Below are positions 9,301 to 16,665 of a stretch of DNA of 64,000 nt, in pieces; position 1 is the stretch's first letter, and each line of letters starts with the position of its first letter. Source of the DNA: an uncultured archaeon (GTDB lineage: Archaea > Altiarchaeota > Altiarchaeia > IMC4 > QMZM01); the NCBI GenBank assembly GCA_964549685.1, contig CAZJVE010000004.1:20687-84686 (forward strand). The letters are read 5' to 3'. The notes below the pieces were generated by a model, which was not told the origin of the DNA, searched no databases, and was given only the letters and a program-made list of their open reading frames with translations. A program made the translations under genes and the position numbers.

Positions 9301-11250
9301 GAGAGCTTCCTCAACAACGCAATCGAGGCTGTAGACATACTGAGCGACTGGTTCAGCACAACCCGGCTCTACATGGGCAACTACAGCACGGACGGGGAGA
9401 AATTCAACGAGTTCAGCAGTTATACGAGCGATGCCGACCTGATATTCTGGAGGGACCACGGCTCCGAGCAGTCCTGGGGCACCGGCTTCATCGATACGGA
9501 CAATGCAGCCAGCCTGGACTTGAGCTCCCTTCCATTAGTCTTCTCATCCGCATGCCTCACCGGGCATTATCAAAATACCTACAGCCTGGCCGAGGCCTTC
9601 CTTGCCAATGGCGCTGGAGTATTCATCGGCTCGACCGAGGTCAGCTACCGCACATTCAACAACGAATTCTCCAAGACGTTCTTCAATGAGTTCATGCACT
9701 CTACTGAGCGGCCGGTGGGCAAGTCACTGCGGGAGGCAAAGAGGGAGTTCAGGTCTGCAGGAACCGGCTCCTGCCAGATGAAGGCCCTGCTTGGCTATAC
9801 GATAAACGAATACAACCTCTATGGCAATCCGAAGCTCGGCTCCAGTTCGATACAGCAATCAGAGCTGATAGGAATACAGACCGTGGAAGGGCCGCTCTCC
9901 TCCCTCAATGTCACGGTTCCGGACTACACTGTAACTGAGATGTTCAGCGAGCACTGGGTCGAGATTCCCAGCGGCAACATGCTCCTCGAGCCGGGCAACT
10001 GGCAGATACCCTACTACAGGACAGCCATATCCTATCCTGCGGGCTATAAGGTACAGGGCGTTTCCATACTGGAAAGGGACGGTCTTATGCAGGCTACCGG
10101 GTTGATCATCCCTGAAGTGAGCATGGAGACGGGTGGAATTCCAACGGATAAGAGCCATGGCGTATTGCCGCAGAACCCCGGCTTCTATCCCAGCTCCGAC
10201 TTCAGTTGGGAGACGGTCGAATACCTTAACGGTACAACTATCCTCGTCATCTCGATGTACCCGTTCTACTACGATGCCAATACGACTGAGGTTCAGTTCT
10301 ACAAGAACTACTCCTTCGGAATAAGCTACAGTCTATCTTTTGTGACTATGGGCCGGGTGCAAACGGACAAGGAAAACTACCTGATTGGAGAGCAGGTCAG
10401 CATAAGCTTTGACGCAAACAACACACAGATACCCATAAACGCCACCGTCAATGCAACGATAAGGTACTATGGCAACAACGAGATTGCAGACTCGATAGGC
10501 CCCCAGACAATCAGCGTGGATGCCGGCGTTACGGAGGGTCAGATATACTGGAATTCCACCGGCTTTGAGGCAGGGTATTATCTCGTCAGCGTGAAGCTGT
10601 CAGACCCCAACGGATATGAGCTGGACTCAGCAACCGAGAGATTCAGACTTGGTTTAGTTTCCGGTGAGATGGCTGATTTCTCGGCGTCGCCCCAGAGAAT
10701 ACGGATAGGGGAGTACGCGAACATTTCGCTAATATTCGATAACATCGGCACAGAGAACATCTCCGGTTCAGCCGCAATAAAAATCTACAATTCAAGTAGC
10801 TCTCTAGTGGGGGAGTTCAACCACAGTTTCACCAACCTGAACCCCCTGGACGCAGTTGACTTCTCATTCATATTCACTCCTTCGGCTGTCGATACGTACA
10901 AGATAATCGGCTTCATCCTCTACGGGAGCGAATCCACAGAGCCGCAGGAGATTAACATGACTGTGGGGTGTGCCATGAGGGGAGATGCCCAACCCTGTGA
11001 CTCCATAATCGAAGACCTGGAGTTCCTGCTTTACCTGGACCTATGGGGCCAGGACGAGGTGGAGAATTCCCAGGTTCTTGAATCTGTTGAAAACTGGATA
11101 GATTATGGTAGCTGTGAGATAGAGGGGGACACCCCGCCATGCGGCGCTGTAGAGCTGGCTGAGGTGATAGATTTTATAACTGAGTGGGATGCAGGAAGTG
11201 CAGATTTGGAGGACGTAATCGATTTGATAAACGAATGGGTGCCGGAGTGA
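6340..11250 (+). CDS. Secreted multidomain protein: two NosD/right-handed beta-helix modules, cohesin-like domain, C25 (gingipain-family) cysteine peptidase, propeptide-like domain, Ig-like domains, C-terminal duplicated dockerin-like motif
   Basis: Signal peptide; GIYL..S.NNT(L/I)..N repeats; DYLIVT, LLLVGE, SDNVYAD, IGRI, WRDHG (His), SACLTG (Cys) and YNLYGNP motifs typical of C25. Confidence 0.8.
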   Translation: MDPRILFMGCMFFLILISSADAAIYNCSNCSNCESAISDASAGDTVNLLADIANQSWNCIVWDNSNVTFDCQQHGIDGTDTLYGIVMEYDKGNVIKNCVITDFMMGIYLYYSDNNQIGDNTIESNTGNGIKLSHSAGNLISGNTLKSNTEDGLYVFGSGSQDNTILNNLASSNNYNGIYIRDSSSNTLTNNTANSNDDHGIRLRESFNNTLTSNTANSNTMDGISLYDSSNNTITGNTANSNSYYGIYIVYPSGSTVNSNEACYNDVDDIHLYNSEDNSGDENTCDTTYEWNDEGATGCTNACGAATSTSSTSTSTSTSTTPSTINVTTSTSTSTSTISTTSTTSTSTSTSTTTLPLGETTCSNCSDCSNKLNGSYSTVRLDADITEHSHNCIEFNTNGTVFDCQGHIIDGNYTSLSGSGVYISDKSSNTVKNCIITDFNRGIYVYYSPSNTLINNSVSSNMYGVHLHMSNYSTIDSNTVESNLDFGILLSFSSYSYMANNRFCSHGVLDIFLEYVTGNSGDENTCDSPGGWNDTGTTYCTYGCSAVTTTTTSTTSTTTIQPQVMLARILPDEALPGENLTVTLSLDVNESNTPNSIGITETPPAGWEILETSIDGNLQSAPGSIEWLLWDMGTSVEDMNITYTLHVPENANGTYYFSGEFMYYLGDTRTDDNIFGDELIIVNGTSVLRPHLTVSRGNTTINENYIDLEFIVENDGNSTAENISVWTWLAGFIPARETTYNYNSSNFSLESYGSAVKLVLNSLGSQTSTSMRFTAVPVLAEDDVDYEIDSTGHVDVTYIDSDGVEYSETFTTSASIQEQDVYSAISASDYLIVTNPSRLYSYYSNADVHSLLLVMSKLAREENGVLGFVTNYSAESLERLIDNGWNGRMNSQWRDDGFLLLVGETEIIPSWDISFDCEGSLPLSLTATSSDNVYADILEGDSYAPELYIGRIIGNSASDLENSITNSIDASLQRDNALIASGSGNGWESFLNNAIEAVDILSDWFSTTRLYMGNYSTDGEKFNEFSSYTSDADLIFWRDHGSEQSWGTGFIDTDNAASLDLSSLPLVFSSACLTGHYQNTYSLAEAFLANGAGVFIGSTEVSYRTFNNEFSKTFFNEFMHSTERPVGKSLREAKREFRSAGTGSCQMKALLGYTINEYNLYGNPKLGSSSIQQSELIGIQTVEGPLSSLNVTVPDYTVTEMFSEHWVEIPSGNMLLEPGNWQIPYYRTAISYPAGYKVQGVSILERDGLMQATGLIIPEVSMETGGIPTDKSHGVLPQNPGFYPSSDFSWETVEYLNGTTILVISMYPFYYDANTTEVQFYKNYSFGISYSLSFVTMGRVQTDKENYLIGEQVSISFDANNTQIPINATVNATIRYYGNNEIADSIGPQTISVDAGVTEGQIYWNSTGFEAGYYLVSVKLSDPNGYELDSATERFRLGLVSGEMADFSASPQRIRIGEYANISLIFDNIGTENISGSAAIKIYNSSSSLVGEFNHSFTNLNPLDAVDFSFIFTPSAVDTYKIIGFILYGSESTEPQEINMTVGCAMRGDAQPCDSIIEDLEFLLYLDLWGQDEVENSQVLESVENWIDYGSCEIEGDTPPCGAVELAEVIDFITEWDAGSADLEDVIDLINEWVPE

Positions 11251-11338
11251 AATGAGAAATTCGGACACCAAAGCAATTATATCCTATCCCATCTAATCTA
11301 TAATTATACTTTTTTCAAAAGAAACTTATAGATTAAAG

Positions 11339-14300
11339 ATGAATTCGAAATTCATAACTCTTGTTGCCGTTTTAATCCTTGTTTCCACCGCATACGGGCA
11401 GGAAACAACCCCCTATGCTGTTGTTGGTCGCGTCTATCAGCAGGATGGCGAAACACTCCAGGCCGATGCTGCCATCACCCTTATCTACCTACCGACCGGC
11501 GAGACCCTCACTCAGGATTCCTCGGCAAGCGGCGACTATCTCTTCGACATCTCGGACTTACCCGGCGGCTACGAGGTCGGGGAGCAGATACAGATTATTG
11601 CCGAATACAACAATTCCGGGGCGAGCGTCATAGAGACGATAATCGAGGACGGCCCCATATTCGCCCAGAGCCTCGTTCTGGGCCCGCTGGCAGATAACGT
11701 CTCTGTCGTTCCGAACTATCTCCAGGGCGGCGAGACTGCCGAGGTTACTGTAATAAGCCTCGTCGTAAACGCTGTCGTCAATGCAACAATAGAGGGGGCA
11801 ACGACCTTCCTTACCCAGGGGGAGCTGGGCACATATTCTGGCTATATTACTGCCCCCGACGATGACGGCGTCTATGTAGTTGATATACTGATGGAAAGCC
11901 CCGAGGGCACAACTGCACACTACCAGGAACTCCTGACGGTCGACAACCTCCCGCCCTCTCTCGTGATATACTATCCAACTAACGGCACCGCCACAACCAA
12001 TCTGACAATACTGGTTGACGGAATTACTGAGCCGGATGCGACCGTAACCGTGGACGGAGTCGACGTGAACGTATCTGAACTGGGGAGATTCAACCACACT
12101 GTGACACTGGAAGCCGGCACCAACACCATCGTAGTTGATGCAGAGGACAGGGCAGGCAACATAAACCGGACGAGAGTTACCGTATTCCTCTACGCGCTCT
12201 ACATCTCTGAGGTTTCGGCAGACTCGGTCCAGCTCGGCGAAGGGACCACAATCTACGCCGAGGTTATCTCAACCTTCGACATAGCCGGCGTAATAGCGCA
12301 GGTCCTCTCGCCTGACGGAACTACCCTGAACTATCCGATGGTTGAGGCCGACGGCGGCTATGATGTTGACATCCCGGAATATGACATCGCCCAGATAGGC
12401 GACTATAACGTAACAGTAACTGCAACGGATGTAAACGGAAACACAACCAACGGAACCGGATGGTTCGAGGTTTACGGCACGAGAAGGTTCTACGGAGATG
12501 TCCTGGATTCCGAGAGCAATCCCGTTTCCACCACATTCAGTCTCTACAGGCCCGGAACCGAATACCTCATCCATGAATTCATAACCGACGTCTTTGGTGA
12601 ATATGATGTAACGATTCACAGCAGGAATTACGACCCAATGCTTGAATTCTCGGACATGGAATTCAAGCTGAACAACATAAACTTCACCCCGCTCCATGAC
12701 GACCCCATAGACGTAGACCTCCTGGAAGGCAATGAAGTCTATATTGCCACTACCGAACCCATCAAGGGCTTTGCGGTCGATACAAACATCACAGCGACCG
12801 GCATTGTGGAGATTACCTACTCGCAACTGGAAATAAGCAACGAGGAGCTGATTGAGATTTATGGGTGCAACGACTGGGACTTTGGGAACAAGACATGCAG
12901 GGGCTTATGGACGGCCCTTGACAGCCAGGTGGACAAGTTCGCAAACACCGTAACAGCGGCAATAAGCAAGCCGCTGGAGTCAACCGCCTATATGGCTGTG
13001 GAGGCCTCAAAGTGCGGCGACGGGGAATGCATACTGGAATATGGGGAAACCTGCAGCACCTGTCCGATTGACTGTGGCACCTGTCCCACGGGAGGGGGAG
13101 CGACAGACGTTTCCGGGATAGAGGCAACACTTCTCATCCTGATAGAAAAGATAACCATTCTCGAGGAGAGACTTAATCTCACTCAGGAGCAGATAAACAT
13201 AAACCTCGAAAGCCGGGAAGTGACAGAGTATCTGAGGGGCGCGATATACAACCAGACGCAGGACATGGCCCTCCTTCTTCTCGCGAAAAAGGTCGAGCTG
13301 GTTTCCGGCTACCAGGTCGTTTCGGCTGAATTATACCCTGGCGAGTTTACAAAAACGTCCATAAGAATCAAGAACCCGTCCAACAAGAGCACAACAATGG
13401 CCGTGAATATATCCGGAAAGGTCGTGGACTTCATAAGCTTCGAAGAAGAAGCAGTGGAGTTAACGCCCGGCGAGGAATCTGACCTCATAATAAACACCTT
13501 CATTCCCGAGGGAACGACTGCCGGCAACTACTATGGTGAGTTAACCTTAACCATCGCAGATATAGCCTCGAATATACCTGTAAATATAAGGGTCCTCGAG
13601 AGGAGGGAGAGACTTCTTGACCTCAAGATTAACCCCCTTACGGACGTTATTGCCCCCGGAAGAACCCTCCGGGTTGATGTCAGTCTTTACAATCTTGGAA
13701 CCAAGGATGTCAATGTCGAATTCCTGCTCCAGCTTGTAGATTCCATAACTAACGACATAGTCGTCGAGAAATCGGAGAACATATCCATAGCTGCGGGGGC
13801 AAGCATCCCCCGGATAGAGGACCTCAATATTTCCGAGGGCGTCAGGGAAGGAAAATACATAGTGAAAGGCATAGCCCGTTATCAAGGAGAGGGAGAGAGG
13901 GAGGTCGTTTCCATATCCTATGTTGACGTTAGTAAGTCATTCTTTGAGTTGCAAATCTTTGGCATACCGGTCTGGATAATCCTGCTTGTTTTCTTCATCG
14001 TAACTCTGAGCTATGTAGCATTCCTCCTCTACAAGAGGGAGCAGTCGAGAAAGAAACGTTATCTCGAGCTGGTTGAACTCAGGAGCCTGCCACAGCCTGG
14101 ACCGCGCTCAGGAGTCATCGGCAAACTGGCGGAGACCGCAATAAGGGCATTTATGCCGGTAGACCGGCTGCAGATGCATACTCTTATCGCAGGGGCAACC
14201 GGTTGTGGAAAGACAGTTGCTGCCCAGGTTCTGGTTGAGGAAGCACTCCTGAAAGAAGCCGCGGTCCTCGTTTTCGACCCAACTGCCCAGTGGAGCGGAT

Positions 14301-15724
14301 TCCTGAGAGCGAACAAGGACGCGGGAATGTTCCGTCTCTATCCAGCATTCAAGATGAAGGACAGCGACGCGAGGGTCTTCAACGGCAACGTCTACACGAT
14401 AACGGAACCCGGCCAGAGGATAGAAGTAGGAAAGCACATCAAACCTGGAGAGATTTCCGTGTTCTGCCTACATAAACTCGACCCCTCCCAGATTGATTCG
14501 ATAGTCGAGAATACGGTAAGGGAGGTCTTCCTTGCGAACCTTGAGGAGACACCAAAGCTAAGGGCCCTCTTCGTGTATGACGAGGTCCACCGCCTGCTGC
14601 CAAAATTCGGTGGCTCAGGAAAGGGTTTCACCCAGGTCGAGAGGGCAGTCAGGGAATTCAGAAAGTGGGGCATAGGTCTTGTTCTGATTTCGCAGGTTTT
14701 GTCGGACTTCGTGGGAGAGATTAAGGCAAACATAGGTACAGAGGTTCAGATGAGGTCCCGCTATGAGGGCGACCTAGAAAGGATTAAGATGAAGTACGGC
14801 GAAGACATCCTGCGCTCAGTTGTGAAGTCAGCTGTCGGAACCGGTATGGTGCAGAACGCGGAGTACAACAAAGGAAGGCCATACTTCGTCAGCTTTAGAC
14901 CCCTGCTCCATAATCCCCACAGACTTTCCGACGAAGAGCTTGACAACTATGACAAGTTCAACAAGGAGATAACCAAACTCAGGGATAAACTGGAAATTCT
15001 CAAGAAGGGTGGAATTGACGTATTCGACCTGGAACTGGAGCTGAATCTGGCACTGGACAATGTGAAGAAGGGCTCATTTGACGTGGTCAAGATGTATCTG
15101 GAATCCCTGGGCCCAAGGATAGAGGACGAATTCTCCAAGATGGGCACCGGGGAGAGGGAGAAGGCCGAGGCCAAGGCAAAAGAGGAGGAAGAGAGTGCAA
15201 GAAGGGATGCTGAGAAAGATGCAAAGCACGGGGAGATGCTTGAGGGCCTTAAGGAGAGAAGGGAAGAGAGAAACGAGAAGTGGGAGCGCCTAAAGACGGA
15301 AAAGCCCGAGGAAAAGCCATCTCCTGAGAAAAAGGAACTGAGCTCCGATGAGAAAAAGGCGGGTGAGAGGGTAAGGGAGATAATACGCCGTGGCAGGGGG
15401 GGCGCTGAGGGGAAAAGAGCGCCGTCCAGACGCCCCCTAGGGGAAAAGCCAGCCGAGAAACCACCTGAAAAGCCACCGGCTCCTCCAGCAGGGGAAAAGC
15501 CACCAGAGAAACCACCTGAGAGACCACCAGCTCCTCCAGCCAAGGAAAAGCCCGCTGGAGAGGACGAGGAGCTGAAGAATATGCGCAAGGAGGTGGAGGA
15601 GCTGAAGGAGCTTCAGGAAGAGCTAAAGAAGTCTGGAGGCAAGATAACCCCTGAGATGAGGAAGAAGATAGAGGAGAAACTGAGGGCGAAGAGGGAAAGG
15701 GAGAAGAAATCGTCAGGCACATAA
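11339..15724 (+). CDS. Type I membrane protein: large Ig-like/Cys-rich ectodomain fused to a cytoplasmic HerA/FtsK/VirB4-like (DUF87) P-loop ATPase
   Basis: Signal peptide; Ig-like repeats; CGDGEC...ETCSTCPIDCGTC; TM at ~13955-14032; Walker A GATGCGKT, VFDPT, Walker B LFVYDEVH, REFRKWG, LISQ; Pro/Glu/Lys tail. Confidence 0.85.
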   Translation: MNSKFITLVAVLILVSTAYGQETTPYAVVGRVYQQDGETLQADAAITLIYLPTGETLTQDSSASGDYLFDISDLPGGYEVGEQIQIIAEYNNSGASVIETIIEDGPIFAQSLVLGPLADNVSVVPNYLQGGETAEVTVISLVVNAVVNATIEGATTFLTQGELGTYSGYITAPDDDGVYVVDILMESPEGTTAHYQELLTVDNLPPSLVIYYPTNGTATTNLTILVDGITEPDATVTVDGVDVNVSELGRFNHTVTLEAGTNTIVVDAEDRAGNINRTRVTVFLYALYISEVSADSVQLGEGTTIYAEVISTFDIAGVIAQVLSPDGTTLNYPMVEADGGYDVDIPEYDIAQIGDYNVTVTATDVNGNTTNGTGWFEVYGTRRFYGDVLDSESNPVSTTFSLYRPGTEYLIHEFITDVFGEYDVTIHSRNYDPMLEFSDMEFKLNNINFTPLHDDPIDVDLLEGNEVYIATTEPIKGFAVDTNITATGIVEITYSQLEISNEELIEIYGCNDWDFGNKTCRGLWTALDSQVDKFANTVTAAISKPLESTAYMAVEASKCGDGECILEYGETCSTCPIDCGTCPTGGGATDVSGIEATLLILIEKITILEERLNLTQEQININLESREVTEYLRGAIYNQTQDMALLLLAKKVELVSGYQVVSAELYPGEFTKTSIRIKNPSNKSTTMAVNISGKVVDFISFEEEAVELTPGEESDLIINTFIPEGTTAGNYYGELTLTIADIASNIPVNIRVLERRERLLDLKINPLTDVIAPGRTLRVDVSLYNLGTKDVNVEFLLQLVDSITNDIVVEKSENISIAAGASIPRIEDLNISEGVREGKYIVKGIARYQGEGEREVVSISYVDVSKSFFELQIFGIPVWIILLVFFIVTLSYVAFLLYKREQSRKKRYLELVELRSLPQPGPRSGVIGKLAETAIRAFMPVDRLQMHTLIAGATGCGKTVAAQVLVEEALLKEAAVLVFDPTAQWSGFLRANKDAGMFRLYPAFKMKDSDARVFNGNVYTITEPGQRIEVGKHIKPGEISVFCLHKLDPSQIDSIVENTVREVFLANLEETPKLRALFVYDEVHRLLPKFGGSGKGFTQVERAVREFRKWGIGLVLISQVLSDFVGEIKANIGTEVQMRSRYEGDLERIKMKYGEDILRSVVKSAVGTGMVQNAEYNKGRPYFVSFRPLLHNPHRLSDEELDNYDKFNKEITKLRDKLEILKKGGIDVFDLELELNLALDNVKKGSFDVVKMYLESLGPRIEDEFSKMGTGEREKAEAKAKEEEESARRDAEKDAKHGEMLEGLKERREERNEKWERLKTEKPEEKPSPEKKELSSDEKKAGERVREIIRRGRGGAEGKRAPSRRPLGEKPAEKPPEKPPAPPAGEKPPEKPPERPPAPPAKEKPAGEDEELKNMRKEVEELKELQEELKKSGGKITPEMRKKIEEKLRAKREREKKSSGT

Positions 15725-15811
15725 AAGCACCCGTCTCAAATCTACACTTTTTATCGTCTATTCTTAATATATTTCTATCTTATAGTATCATCCATTCTGT
15801 CCCCTTCCAAG

Positions 15812-16663
15812 ATGATAAACCCCTTGCGCAAACTACTCAAAAAACTCGGTCTGGGCGCTCTTGCAACCAGGGAGAAACCCGCTGAGGAAGTTAAGGGTGC
15901 AAAGAAGAACAGGATAATAGCGGTTGCGAACCAGAAAGGCGGCGTGGGGAAAACAACGACTGCTATTAACCTTGCGGCCTATCTCGCCATGATGGAGAAC
16001 AAGGTCCTTCTCATAGATATAGACCCCCAGGCCAACAGCACCATCGGACTCGGGATAGAGAAGGACAGCATATCCGATTCGATAGCCGATATACTCACCG
16101 ACAAGGCAAAGGTAAAGGACGTAATTCTCCCGACAAAGGTTAAGGGACTTAGCATTATTCCTGCAAGCGTCCATCTGGCCGATGCCGAGATAAAACTGGT
16201 CGGGATGAATTTCCGCGAGACAATCCTGAAGAATTCCATTAATAACCTGACGAGGAACTACGATTTCGTCCTGGTAGACTGCCCTCCCTCCCTCGGTCTT
16301 TTGGCCCTGAATGCATTAACGGCAGCAGATTCGGTCGTAATCCCTGTCCAGTGCGAGTATTTTGCTCTGGAAGGCCTGAACGAATTCATGAATGTCGTAA
16401 GCCTGATACAGGAGAGGGTAAACCCCGGGCTTGAGATAGACGGCATACTCCTTACGATGTACCAAAAGGATACAAAGCACGTGAATGAAATTCTCAAAGA
16501 CATCCGGAAACTGTTCGGCGGGAACATCTATGCAACAGTCATCCCCCGGGATGAGAAATTCCCCGAGTCCTCAAGTTTCGGGAAACCCATCGGAGTCTAT
16601 GATAAGAAGTCCGACGGGGCCAAAGCGTATGAAGAATTAGCCCATGAATTTTTGGGTCAATAA
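15812..16663 (+). CDS. parA: ParA/Soj-family ATPase
   Basis: NQKGGVGKTT deviant Walker A, DIDPQAN, DCPPSLG, PVQCEYFALEG. Confidence 0.92.
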   Translation: MINPLRKLLKKLGLGALATREKPAEEVKGAKKNRIIAVANQKGGVGKTTTAINLAAYLAMMENKVLLIDIDPQANSTIGLGIEKDSISDSIADILTDKAKVKDVILPTKVKGLSIIPASVHLADAEIKLVGMNFRETILKNSINNLTRNYDFVLVDCPPSLGLLALNALTAADSVVIPVQCEYFALEGLNEFMNVVSLIQERVNPGLEIDGILLTMYQKDTKHVNEILKDIRKLFGGNIYATVIPRDEKFPESSSFGKPIGVYDKKSDGAKAYEELAHEFLGQ

Positions 16664-16665
16664 AA

